Below, in pieces: positions 7,317 to 16,845 of a DNA stretch of 25,965 nucleotides. A model generated the notes under the pieces. The model was given only the letters and a program-made list of their open reading frames with translations, did not search any database and was not told the DNA's origin. The stretch spans positions 1 to 25,965 of the IMG/VR virus record IMGVR_UViG_3300020045_002660, one strand, 5' to 3'. The stretch's first letter is position 1; the number at the start of each line of letters is the position of its first letter. The translations under genes were made by a program, and so were the position numbers. The DNA is from a virus (Duplodnaviria > Caudoviricetes).

Positions 7317-7906
7317 TCCTTCGCCCCCCTTGAAACTTTTCCAGTTTCCGACATTTGTTTGTCGTACCAGTAGACTGTCGGGTTTGATTTCATTACTTCG
7401 TTAATAAAGTAAAAGTCGCCCATTCTTTCTTGACCAAAATGTTCGATATATTTTTTATACAATTCAGTCTTAACAGCAAAGCAAGATCCGCCAATTGATC
7501 CAGCGATCATTTTATTATTACGCCATTGATTAGGCGTCGGATAAAGACAATTGTTTTTATTCCTTATATGCATTTTAAAGAAAATAACATCGGGATTCAT
7601 TAACTCTGAAATGGATTCCAACTGCAATACGATTAACGGATTCGTGATAAAGTCGTCGTCGTCAAGTAAAAAAACATACTTCCCGTCAATTTCTGACAGT
7701 ACTTCAGGAAGCGAAAAAGACTTGTTCGCGTTTAACATTCCATGTCCGACTGAATCTATTATGAAGATCTGTTCGAAGTTGTTTCCGATTATAGCGTTTA
7801 CGGATTTGACATTCTTTTCAAATCCATTCGGGCGCAAATACTTTCTTGTTATTATCGAAAGAAAAGGCGAATCGCTGTGCTTTATTTTCTCTATTTTGTA
7901 AACCAT
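7313..7906 (-). CDS. GT-A fold glycosyltransferase (GT2-like)
   Basis: FLSIITR..RP, EQIFIID, GKYVFLLDDDD, GDFYFI. Confidence 0.82.
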   Translation of the reverse strand: MVYKIEKIKHSDSPFLSIITRKYLRPNGFEKNVKSVNAIIGNNFEQIFIIDSVGHGMLNANKSFSLPEVLSEIDGKYVFLLDDDDFITNPLIVLQLESISELMNPDVIFFKMHIRNKNNCLYPTPNQWRNNKMIAGSIGGSCFAVKTELYKKYIEHFGQERMGDFYFINEVMKSNPTVYWYDKQMSETGKVSRGAKE

Positions 7907-8535
7907 TTAGAATAAAAATTGAATGATCTTTCGTCGATTAAAGTTTTCAAATATACATGATTTTCGTCAGTTCCGTGAAATTTTGTCCAGTTTATATCGT
8001 GGCCACCTCCGCCGCATAATCCGACGCCGTGTTTTATTCCGACGCAAATTTTCCCTAAATCGGTTGCAAGTTTTGATTTTTCTTGTTGCCAGATAATCAT
8101 ATCGGTATAGGAATAAGAATCGTCGCCCCAGTTTATTTTCGCGTTCTTCGAAATCATTGTTGACATCATTGACGCTCTGTTCGGGTGCACAAGATCCGCA
8201 AACTTAGAATTCACAATGTTATAGTAAATAGTTTTGTTAAGTCCGAAAATATTCGGACGCCCATTTGCAAGCCAAGCGCGACACATTATTTCAATGTATC
8301 TTCTTGAATAATAGTCGTCGTCTTCGCAAAACAAAACAACGTCGCATCCTTTTTCGAATAGTCGCTGCGTCCCTATCCTATATCTATACGTTATGTCTGG
8401 ACTGTCAGAAATAGGCTTGTCGTCTACTATTTCGTGAAAGTCAGGGCGAACAGTTTGCGCCTTTATCATTGATCTGCAATGATCAACAAATTCAGGGCGA
8501 TCGCCCCGCGTGATTGTTAAAACTCCTATTTTCAT
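7891..8535 (-). CDS. GT-A fold glycosyltransferase (GT2-like)
   Basis: TITRGDRP, QTVRP..HEIVDD, DVVLFCEDDDYY. Confidence 0.82.
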   Translation of the reverse strand: MKIGVLTITRGDRPEFVDHCRSMIKAQTVRPDFHEIVDDKPISDSPDITYRYRIGTQRLFEKGCDVVLFCEDDDYYSRRYIEIMCRAWLANGRPNIFGLNKTIYYNIVNSKFADLVHPNRASMMSTMISKNAKINWGDDSYSYTDMIIWQQEKSKLATDLGKICVGIKHGVGLCGGGGHDINWTKFHGTDENHVYLKTLIDERSFNFYSKWFTK

Positions 8536-8762
8536 TCCATTATTTTAATAGCGCGATACACTGAACGCGAATCGCATTTGAATTCAATCGCAACCGTTTC
8601 GATCGCTTCCCAGTCATACTTAACAGACGTCGCCTTGTCTTTGTTTTTTAAGTAGTTCGTAAACATGTCATACTTCATGCGAACGCTTGTCGAAATCAAT
8701 CCAGATTTTTCAAGCGATTTCAAGTCGCCGCTTTTAATTAGTTTTTGAATTACTTCGTGCAT
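8532..8762 (-). CDS. Small HTH DNA-binding protein (Mor/late-regulator-like)
   Basis: C-terminal AIETVAIEFKCDSRSVYRAIK helix-turn-helix pattern. Confidence 0.6.
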   Translation of the reverse strand: MHEVIQKLIKSGDLKSLEKSGLISTSVRMKYDMFTNYLKNKDKATSVKYDWEAIETVAIEFKCDSRSVYRAIKIME

Positions 8763-8767
8763 ATTTT

Positions 8768-11383
8768 TTATATTGTTGACATGACTTCGACTTTTAAAAC
8801 GTCGTTTGTTTTCTCTGCTATTTCCTGAACAAATACAACAGGATTAGGCATGTTCATAATTGCTAACTCTAACTGTTTTTGTGCGTTGATCTGATTTTCA
8901 ACAGGCGAAGAAATTGTTCTTGTAACCAGTCCGCCGTCAGCAAATCCACGAACGCCAATTCTTTGAAATGTTTCTGCGCCTCCTAACATTTTTTGTTGAT
9001 GTTCGTTCAATATCACTTCGCCGCTTTTCACAGACGCGATCATGTTATCGCCATTCGAAAACGCCATTGTTCGGCCGTGTGACAATTCTATTTTCTGTCC
9101 CGACAAAACTTTCCCGCCTTCAGCAAACTGCTGAATGTTCGGCTGACGTGGCGAGCCAGTTATTAACTGTTTAGCCTTCGCAACGTTTCCGATAACTGTC
9201 GCAATTCCAGTAGCAACACGCAACGCGTATGTGTACGGATCGCCTTCGGTAGACATTGCAACAACTCCCGAAATCGCTTTTGCCGTATCTAACGCAATAG
9301 TGAACAATGTCATTGTCTTGGCAAAGTCAGACATTTGCGCTTGATTCGCTCCGAATATATAAATTAAATCGTTAAGAGCCGACAAAAATATCTTAGAAAT
9401 TTCAATCTGTTTTTCAAAATCTTGACTTCTTTTTTCTATCGAATCCCTGTGAATTTGATCAATAGCCGCAGCCTTCGCCTTTTCGTCGTCGATTTCCTTT
9501 TGATTATATTCTTGATTAATTAAATCTTTTTGTTCATGAAGATTCTGGATTCGGATCAATTCAGATTCAGTGAATGCATCGCCGGCCATTTTTCTGGCTT
9601 CGAAAGCCATTAATTCGCCGTCAAGCGAAGCGATCTTCATTTCGCGTTCTTTGTTATAGATCTGCTGCGTCAAATCTGAAGCACGCTGAACAACTTCGAT
9701 TCTTAGATCTTCAGCAAGTTTTTGATTTGAAATCGCATCCATGTAAGACTGTTTCGACATTTCCAGTCGCTTCAGTTCTATTTCTCCGCGTTCATTCAAT
9801 GCGTCTGACAGATCCGCATTTCTTTTGTCGTTTCCAGTCTTGTTGATTTGCGTCAATTCGGCTTCGAAGACAAGTTGCTGTTCTGCAAGCGCCTTTTGTT
9901 TTATTTGCGCGTTAGCCTTCGACTTGTTTATTTCGTCGATCGCTCTTTGATTGTTTAGAACAGCCTTTGCGAAGTTTCTTAATTCTTCGTTCTTGATCAA
10001 TTCGATTTCTTGATCTTCAATCTTTTTAAGCATTTCGCGATTCGCGTTTGCACGTTCGTCGTTTAAAGCCTTTTGCTTTTCATTAGACTGCGCTGTTTTT
10101 TCAATTTGCGCATCTTGATAGCGCGCCCAAGCGTCAGACGTTTCGCGATATGATTCAGAAAGTTGCTTCGACAACTCCGTCGACTGCTCTATTTCTTCGG
10201 CTGTTAATTTCGTTCCGTTTTTTTCTCTCTCTTTTAATGCATCTAAAGAAGACTGCAATGTTTTTTGAATCGCCTTTTGCTTTTCAAGTTCCGCAAAAAC
10301 AGTTTCTTTGTGTGCTCTTTGCAGCGCCCTTATTTCGCCGTCGTATCGTTCATTTATTGAAGCAAGCGCCTTTTCGTTGTTTTCCATTATCGACTTATTC
10401 ATTTTTTCAAATGCAAAAGTTGATAGCCCCAAAGCGTCCGTAAGTGCTTGAAACTTTTCGACGATCCAGTCAACAGCGTCGCCGATCATTTCAAAAAGTT
10501 TGCTTATAGGCTTGATCGAATCTTTTAATTTATAAAACGCAACGCCTATTCCGATAATCATTGCGGGAATCAAAAACAACGGATTCAATAGAATTGCTTT
10601 TCCTAATTGGCCAATGGATTTTCCGAATCCGCCAAGTCCGCTGATCGCTTGCTTGAATGTCATTTCGCGCGATATCTTGACGATTGATCCTATTTGCGCC
10701 GAAGCGCCTTTGAAGTCGCCAGCCTTTATTTTATCGCTTAACAATCCGAATGATCCTGACAATTTTTCGATCGGTTCGCCAGTCAAAGCCTTTGTGCTTT
10801 CGCTTACGTCCTGAATCTTGTCGTTCAATTCTCCTGCTCTTTTTTGCGCTTCCTTGAATTCGTTTGAATCTTCGCCAAGCGTATCGGCAAGCACGACCAT
10901 TTCGTCCTTAGCAAGTTTCAATTCGGCTTTTAATTCCTTCAGTGCGCCAGCATAATTTCCGACATTCCTTCTGTTGTCGCCGACAGCCGATTCGTTCGCT
11001 TTTAAAGTTTCGGTAAGTGACGCGACTTGTTGTTGCATCTCTTTTCCGCGCGTTGAATTTTCGCGTTCTTCCTTTGATAAGTTATTGTATTGATGCGTAA
11101 GGACAGATAATTGCGCGCGCAATTGTTCGTTCGATCCAGCGTTCGCCTTGTTCGCTCTCGTTACGTCGTCAATGACTTTGTTTGTTGACGAAAGTTCTTT
11201 TGTTAATCTTTTTAGTATTTCCGCATTGCGCTGAAATTCTAATCCAGTGTCGGCGCCAGATTTTTTTAAGTCGCTTTGTTGCGCTTTCAATTCCTTGATT
11301 TGTTTGTTCAAGTCAATGGCCTTCGATGTATATTCGTTTGTGTCTAATTCTAAGCGAATGACAACAATTTTTTCGTCTGACAT
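8768..11383 (-). CDS. Tail tape measure protein
   Basis: 871 aa, mostly coiled coil; GDNRRNVGNY; hydrophobic segment LLNPLFLIPAMIIGIGVAF; C-terminal FAEGG/FADGG and GEVILN. Confidence 0.88.
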   Translation of the reverse strand: MSDEKIVVIRLELDTNEYTSKAIDLNKQIKELKAQQSDLKKSGADTGLEFQRNAEILKRLTKELSSTNKVIDDVTRANKANAGSNEQLRAQLSVLTHQYNNLSKEERENSTRGKEMQQQVASLTETLKANESAVGDNRRNVGNYAGALKELKAELKLAKDEMVVLADTLGEDSNEFKEAQKRAGELNDKIQDVSESTKALTGEPIEKLSGSFGLLSDKIKAGDFKGASAQIGSIVKISREMTFKQAISGLGGFGKSIGQLGKAILLNPLFLIPAMIIGIGVAFYKLKDSIKPISKLFEMIGDAVDWIVEKFQALTDALGLSTFAFEKMNKSIMENNEKALASINERYDGEIRALQRAHKETVFAELEKQKAIQKTLQSSLDALKEREKNGTKLTAEEIEQSTELSKQLSESYRETSDAWARYQDAQIEKTAQSNEKQKALNDERANANREMLKKIEDQEIELIKNEELRNFAKAVLNNQRAIDEINKSKANAQIKQKALAEQQLVFEAELTQINKTGNDKRNADLSDALNERGEIELKRLEMSKQSYMDAISNQKLAEDLRIEVVQRASDLTQQIYNKEREMKIASLDGELMAFEARKMAGDAFTESELIRIQNLHEQKDLINQEYNQKEIDDEKAKAAAIDQIHRDSIEKRSQDFEKQIEISKIFLSALNDLIYIFGANQAQMSDFAKTMTLFTIALDTAKAISGVVAMSTEGDPYTYALRVATGIATVIGNVAKAKQLITGSPRQPNIQQFAEGGKVLSGQKIELSHGRTMAFSNGDNMIASVKSGEVILNEHQQKMLGGAETFQRIGVRGFADGGLVTRTISSPVENQINAQKQLELAIMNMPNPVVFVQEIAEKTNDVLKVEVMSTI

Positions 11384-12102
11384 TATAGAATTTTATAAGT
11401 GAAATTAAAAAAATGCTCGTGATTTCCAGCGTCGTTGTCGTCGCCTACTAACTTCGCTCTATTGTTTGTGACGTCCGCCTTAACATACATTACGTCAGTC
11501 GGACTGCTAACGCCTACGCCTATTCCAACGCATTCGCCGTCAGAAGAAAAGTCAGACGCTATCGGAAGCGAAATTCCAAGTTCGTAGGCTCCATTAGAAG
11601 AAAGATCTATTGCTACCTTTCCAGATACATGAACGACTTTTCCATTTCTTAAAACAAAGCATTCAAAGGCCGTAGACGCCGCAATGTTAAGATCTGAAGA
11701 AAGCGTCGGCGTGTATGTGAAAGAAGGCCTATATTCAAACAACTTATCGAATGAAAATCCGTCAAAATGAAGTCCAGTCGCATCGCCTTTTTTATATAGA
11801 ATCACAGAAGATTCGCCGTCAATTTTCGCCGATCCATAAGGAACAATTATAACACGGCCAGCCCCGTCGTCAGACTTTTTTATTGTTATTTGTTTCCCTA
11901 TTACAATAGGATAAATAACTTGTCCTTTCATAGCCTGAACCGATTCAAGCGCTAATTCTGGATTAACATATCGAAGTGAAATTGTAACGTCAGAAGCGCC
12001 AGTCGATACCTTGATCGTCCCGTCAAATTCGGAAACGTCATAGTCGGCGTCAACTGTTTTTATTGATGCATAAGGCGGAAATATATTTTTCGCTTGCGTC
12101 AC
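11383..12102 (-). CDS. Tail fibre/receptor-binding-like structural protein
   Basis: TIKV....VTISL, G.QITIKK, IDG.....L....LHFDG small beta-domain pattern; C-terminal RNGKVVHVSG..SLP head-like domain; GTG at 12102 overlaps the upstream TGA. Confidence 0.55.
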   Translation of the reverse strand: MTQAKNIFPPYASIKTVDADYDVSEFDGTIKVSTGASDVTISLRYVNPELALESVQAMKGQVIYPIVIGKQITIKKSDDGAGRVIIVPYGSAKIDGESSVILYKKGDATGLHFDGFSFDKLFEYRPSFTYTPTLSSDLNIAASTAFECFVLRNGKVVHVSGKVAIDLSSNGAYELGISLPIASDFSSDGECVGIGVGVSSPTDVMYVKADVTNNRAKLVGDDNDAGNHEHFFNFTYKIL

Positions 12103-12365
12103 TTGCAAATAGTTTGTTTTAAAACATATTGGTTCAATGAATCGACAAAGATCGTTTGCGATCCGTTTATTGCATTCAGTCTTTCGTCATTACACAAAAC
12201 GACTTCAGTTGAATCGTAAGTCACTGCGCCTGTTGTTTGGTTCTTGTACGAAACTATGCATGTTTGACAAACGTCTGGCGCTGCTTCTTTCTTGCATCCG
12301 TAAGTACAAAACACAATCGCCGCAATGGCTAAAAATAATAAAAATAATCTGGAATAAGTTTTCAT
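12099..12365 (-). CDS. Small Cys-containing lipoprotein
   Basis: Basic n-region, hydrophobic h-region, lipobox-like TYG-C followed by KKE; CQTC motif. Confidence 0.8.
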   Translation of the reverse strand: MKTYSRLFLLFLAIAAIVFCTYGCKKEAAPDVCQTCIVSYKNQTTGAVTYDSTEVVLCNDERLNAINGSQTIFVDSLNQYVLKQTICK

Positions 12366-12366
12366 T

Positions 12367-14373
12367 TTATAGGCGTATTAATTCGACTTTTGTTGACTTT
12401 CCTTTTTGATAGTTTTCAACTCTGTTTATATAAAAGTATCCGTTCACATGAATTTTAGGCGTGTGCTTATCTATGAAAACAGGGATCGTGAAATCAAGTT
12501 CGGAAATATCCTTTTCGTTGAAATCTGCGTTCAAATATAAAACAATTTTTTTATACTTCTGCATGATTCCAGAAATAGCGTCGTAGTTGTCAAGTAAAGA
12601 ATCGTTGAAAGAAAGATTATCGCTTTTCCCAGACTTAACAAAATAACACATAGGAATATCGTCAACAACTGTCGTGTTTGTTGTTCCGTCAGAATAAAGA
12701 ACGGAATCGACGCCGTTTTGAATATCCAAAAGCAAGACGCGCTGCTGAACTTCTTCGACGCTATAATTCGAATTCATACACTTGATATGCGGAACTTGTT
12801 CGTCGACCATTTTCAGAATCGTTTCTGTTCCTGCAAAATCAAGTTTGACAAGCGTTTTTTCGGCGTCAAGGTTTTCGTCTTCAATCAAGATTTCTCCGTC
12901 AGTGAATGTGTCTTCGAATGAATTTGTTTCGTCGACTTCGTACTTAAAAAGATTGCTTTTTGCATAGTTGTCGTCACGGAAAGAAACAGTGACGCCGAAC
13001 TTTTCATCGATCTTATTTGTCCAGTTCTTAGCGATCGGAATATTATTCAGAATGTCATTGAAAAAATTGAAGCTAATCGTCTTCGTGTATTCGTTTACTT
13101 GCGGAATAACGCAATACATGTTCATAAACTGTTTCATGAATTCGCTTTGCTTGTAATTTTTTACAAGTTTGCCGACTTCGATTTGCGATCCGAATGCATA
13201 TTCTTGATCTGCCTTGAATGAAAACGTCGTTCCGTTTAGCGTTGAGTATCTAAACACAGACAATCCCATATTCGAATTTTCCTTCAATATGATACGCGCT
13301 TGATAAGTATGTCCAGAAGTAAACAGCATTCGGCCAGTACTTAACCCCTTGTTTAAAACTTTAACGCCTACGCCTGTTGTGATTGCTGCCCATTCAGAGA
13401 AAGAAATGTCGTCGCAAATATCCGAAGACGATGTCACGATCTGTCCAGTCGTCACGTCAACGATATCAAGATAAAAGTCTTGTATTTGAAACGTAGCCGA
13501 TCCAAGTAAGCCGACACGCAATTGCGCTGAAATGATCAATTCGCCATAAATATTGTCTGGCGCCGTGAACGTTGCTATTCCAGCGTTAGAAAAATAAGTG
13601 TCGGTTCCCATTCCCGTAAAATTGTCGACGCGAGTTGTGAACGAAATCCCGTTTGTTGTGTATTGAATATTGTTTTCTGTTACAAGCAATTGATCGCCTG
13701 AAGTTTCTTCGATCCAGTCGCCCGTATGTCCGAATACTTTCGGCGGCAAAATTAGCCTATTGTATTGATCCGAATTCACGAATGTTCCGTTCTGGCTATA
13801 TCCAGATTCAAAAACAATTCTTTCCCAGATCGTTTTCATAAAAACACAACACAATAAACGATAAGAAAGCGCCGCACGCTCCGAAAGAAATAGTGCGCTA
13901 TACAAAAATGAATCGAAGTAAGTTTCGATTAACGGGTAAATGTAGCCGTCCGAATTGCTTCTTGACGCCACTACGTTCGTGTGATTCCAAGTGTGATTGT
14001 GTTGCGTAAGATCTAAATCATGAATGTTTTTTGTATTAACCAAGTCGAAGAAACTTGTATTTCCTGCCATTACTTGAATGTTATAGTGTTCGTCGCAATC
14101 TTCGACGATAGCTATTCCTTCGGCTACAATTTCAATTCCGTTTTGAATTACACGCGCTTTTAACTTTGAATAAGGGATATTCGAATTCGAATTGATATTG
14201 TCGCAATTTTCGAAAATGACTTGATTCTTTTGCGTTTTCTTCAACTTGAATTTGTTCGAAAAGTTTCCCTGTCTATTCGAAAGCGATCCGATTGCGTTTG
14301 CTTGAAACGTCAATCCTATTGCTGTTGAACCAGAAAGATCAACGCTATTGTTTTCGATTATTATTTCAAGCAT
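12367..14373 (-). CDS. Tail tip/baseplate hub protein
   Basis: 668 aa; N-terminal VDL....LTFQ...NFSNKFKL..T.KN and C-terminal FYINRVENY....TKVELIRL typical of siphovirus hub proteins; located in the tail module. Confidence 0.65.
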   Translation of the reverse strand: MLEIIIENNSVDLSGSTAIGLTFQANAIGSLSNRQGNFSNKFKLKKTQKNQVIFENCDNINSNSNIPYSKLKARVIQNGIEIVAEGIAIVEDCDEHYNIQVMAGNTSFFDLVNTKNIHDLDLTQHNHTWNHTNVVASRSNSDGYIYPLIETYFDSFLYSALFLSERAALSYRLLCCVFMKTIWERIVFESGYSQNGTFVNSDQYNRLILPPKVFGHTGDWIEETSGDQLLVTENNIQYTTNGISFTTRVDNFTGMGTDTYFSNAGIATFTAPDNIYGELIISAQLRVGLLGSATFQIQDFYLDIVDVTTGQIVTSSSDICDDISFSEWAAITTGVGVKVLNKGLSTGRMLFTSGHTYQARIILKENSNMGLSVFRYSTLNGTTFSFKADQEYAFGSQIEVGKLVKNYKQSEFMKQFMNMYCVIPQVNEYTKTISFNFFNDILNNIPIAKNWTNKIDEKFGVTVSFRDDNYAKSNLFKYEVDETNSFEDTFTDGEILIEDENLDAEKTLVKLDFAGTETILKMVDEQVPHIKCMNSNYSVEEVQQRVLLLDIQNGVDSVLYSDGTTNTTVVDDIPMCYFVKSGKSDNLSFNDSLLDNYDAISGIMQKYKKIVLYLNADFNEKDISELDFTIPVFIDKHTPKIHVNGYFYINRVENYQKGKSTKVELIRL

Positions 14374-14375
14374 TT

Positions 14376-14849
14376 TTATTCAGATTGAATGTTAATTTTC
14401 GGCAACAACAATACAAGTTCGATTTGACTTCTTGTTTCTGAAGTCTTCAAAATCAAGAACGATCCTACTTGAATTCTAACGCGAACCCATTTCGCGCCCT
14501 CTGTCGTCCATGTTTCTGGATTTGTAAGCATTAAAACTTTCGGCGACATTAGCATTCCCTTGATCCCGTCCATTTTGTCGATCGGCAAATTTGCGCCTAT
14601 TACCATTTGCGGCTGTGCGTCTTTTGACATGTATTCTTCGGCTCCGATAGAATTTTCCAAATCGTCGTCAATCAAAGTTTCGTATTCTCCATTTACGGCC
14701 GTTTGAATGATATCCGTTTGCATTCTTCCGAATAGCCATTGAGAAAATCCGCCAGAAGTATTTAGCCATTTTAAATAGATCGGATTGTCAACGCATGTAG
14801 CGTCAACGTCGATTTCTTTTATTTCTGTTATTCTTTCGCTTGCTGCCAT
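14376..14849 (-). CDS. Tail structural protein (distal-tail-like domain)
   Basis: YLKWLN..GG...WLF and L.SP.V motifs; immediately upstream of the hub gene. Confidence 0.55.
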   Translation of the reverse strand: MAASERITEIKEIDVDATCVDNPIYLKWLNTSGGFSQWLFGRMQTDIIQTAVNGEYETLIDDDLENSIGAEEYMSKDAQPQMVIGANLPIDKMDGIKGMLMSPKVLMLTNPETWTTEGAKWVRVRIQVGSFLILKTSETRSQIELVLLLPKINIQSE

Positions 14850-14853
14850 GTTT

Positions 14854-15927
14854 TTATTTTCCTGCTGTTATTACTGAAGGAATCACAACGTCTGGCGTTG
14901 TAGATTCTTCGTCTATGTAGTCCGAAACAACGAAGTCGGAAAGAACATAATCAAGCAATAACAATGTTTGATCTGTTTCAAGCCACATTTGAATTTTCTT
15001 GCAATTGGACGGATAGGATTCATTTAGCATTAATCTATTAACGCCCAAGCATTGTTCGCCGTCCAGTTGATCGTTAGTCGTTGTTATTTCGTTTCCGTTT
15101 TGATCAATTTGCTTTTCAAACTTCTTAACTACTACATTCGCTATTGATTCCGAATAAATGAATTCTGTCGAAAAAGGAAAGCCGACAAAGTAAGTCGGAC
15201 GCTTAAAGTCGCACATGAATTTAGCAAGCGTTGTTTCTCCGTCGTAATCTTTGAACACAACAAATTCGCCCATGTTTGAGCCGTAAAGATCGCGGACTTG
15301 TCTTGTTGAATTTGTAAAGTAAAACAGTTCTGACGCTGAAGGTTCTGAAAATACGCCGTCGGTTCCTGTCCAGAATTCTGCAAACACAATGTTAAAACGT
15401 CCGCCTAAATTACTGTCGCGCCAGTTCAATTGATCATAGTCGAATTCGTCAGTGTAGCCGATAAGCGACTTTAACCACGAAGAACAATCGACCTTCATTA
15501 ACCCTGTTTCGTCTGGCTTGTTGTATGATTCGCCTACTATGTAGTATTGGTTCGAAGCGTCAACGCCTAAAACGCGTGTGATGCAATAGTAATTCTTACG
15601 CGCCGTTACGTTGTAATATCCGCCAGACTGAACGATTGTCGAAGCGTTACTGAACGAACATTCAAACGAATTGTTTGCAACGATGCTTGTCACAACTCCG
15701 ACGCCTTTATTTGCACCAGAAGAAATGTAAACAGACGCGCCGACTGTCACTTCTGACGTGTTTCCTGTATAAACAACAAGGCCGCCCGTAATATTTGCCG
15801 ACGCAACTATTTCAAAATCGCGTCTTTGAATATTGAATTTTATAGGGTGGTGCACAGCCGACCAGCGCGATTGTGTCGCTGAATTTGAATTCACGTCCGC
15901 TGTTGGATATTTAGTGACTGCGATCAT
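14854..15927 (-). CDS. Tail-associated structural protein
   Basis: 357 aa, beta-rich, in the tail module. Confidence 0.5.
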   Translation of the reverse strand: MIAVTKYPTADVNSNSATQSRWSAVHHPIKFNIQRRDFEIVASANITGGLVVYTGNTSEVTVGASVYISSGANKGVGVVTSIVANNSFECSFSNASTIVQSGGYYNVTARKNYYCITRVLGVDASNQYYIVGESYNKPDETGLMKVDCSSWLKSLIGYTDEFDYDQLNWRDSNLGGRFNIVFAEFWTGTDGVFSEPSASELFYFTNSTRQVRDLYGSNMGEFVVFKDYDGETTLAKFMCDFKRPTYFVGFPFSTEFIYSESIANVVVKKFEKQIDQNGNEITTTNDQLDGEQCLGVNRLMLNESYPSNCKKIQMWLETDQTLLLLDYVLSDFVVSDYIDEESTTPDVVIPSVITAGK

Positions 15928-16094
15928 TCTATTTTTATTTTTGTATTGCTATAATGTACTACTTTAATGTTCGGATATTGCAGCCTAAACCATTTTTCAA
16001 ACTCTTTTGTTTCGAAGCCTTTCTGCTCTATTCCGTTTGCTTTTCTATACTCTTTGAATTCGGCGATCAATTCACTTTCTTTTTTTACGATCAT
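15924..16094 (-). CDS. 56-aa hypothetical protein, not in the ORF track
   Basis: MIVKKESELIAEFKEYRKANGIEQKGFETKEFEKWFRLQYPNIKVVHYSNTKIKIE; ATGA overlaps at both ends. Confidence 0.75.
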   Translation of the reverse strand: MIVKKESELIAEFKEYRKANGIEQKGFETKEFEKWFRLQYPNIKVVHYSNTKIKIE

Positions 16095-16546
16095 TTTAAT
16101 TCGCCGATAACTTTGTCGCCTAATTCCTTTCCGAACTGATCAACGATCAACGTTGAAACTGCTTCGATTCTGTTGTTTGTCAAGATCAATTCAAAAATGT
16201 TTTGCTTTCCGCCTTGTTGGTATAACTTAGTCCCGTATTTATGAATACTTTTTGACATCGCCCAGCTAAGCGCAACGTCCGAAACATTCGACTGTTTCGG
16301 CTTGATATTGTTTCTTTTTATCCATGACAACAAAGTTTCTTGCAAAGTCGGATTCCCTTTTTTTGCTCCGAACTTAGTCGGCGCACGCCCTTTCCATAAC
16401 GTAGGAATGTACTTGTCGGCTAAGATCGTGATCGAGTTGTCGTCTACCTTCAACTCCATAGAAGGCGCAAATCCTTTTGAAACGGACTTTGCTTCTATAA
16501 ACAATTGCTGGCCTAAACCTTCAAGTATGTCACGCGTTGCCGACAT
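16091..16546 (-). CDS. Neck/tail completion protein (HK97 gp10-like)
   Basis: GR.P....P....L..WIK and WA.SKSI.K.GTK pattern. Confidence 0.55.
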   Translation of the reverse strand: MSATRDILEGLGQQLFIEAKSVSKGFAPSMELKVDDNSITILADKYIPTLWKGRAPTKFGAKKGNPTLQETLLSWIKRNNIKPKQSNVSDVALSWAMSKSIHKYGTKLYQQGGKQNIFELILTNNRIEAVSTLIVDQFGKELGDKVIGELK

Positions 16547-16845
16547 TATGCAATGAACTTTAACTTAAATCCTTTTGCGTTTAATTTTTTAATAGCCGCT
16601 TTCTTTGTTGCCGAAGAAACATAAACGCAATTTTTTTTCATGTCGACGCGCTTTCTTCCTGTGATCAAATCACGTTTCAATTCAACGACTTCTAACTTTC
16701 TTTCAATCCAGTTGTATTGAAAAAGTTTGTGCCCAGCATGAACCGAACGCGTGTCGATCAACTTGATTTCGATCTTGTCGATATTACTTTTCTTCTTGAA
16801 AAACGCAATCGCTTTTTTGATTGCTGCGGCTATTACTCTAAGCAT
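16546..16845 (-). CDS. Basic hypothetical protein
   Basis: 99 aa, coupled to neighbouring genes. Confidence 0.6.
   Translation of the reverse strand: MLRVIAAAIKKAIAFFKKKSNIDKIEIKLIDTRSVHAGHKLFQYNWIERKLEVVELKRDLITGRKRVDMKKNCVYVSSATKKAAIKKLNAKGFKLKFIA

Noticed and set aside
3439-8535. GT island as host LPS/capsule locus or Gtr-type serotype conversion cassette
   Set aside because: No wzx/wzy, polyprenyl-phosphate transferase or multi-TM GtrC; genes are overlap-coupled to phage late genes. Disfavoured rather than excluded
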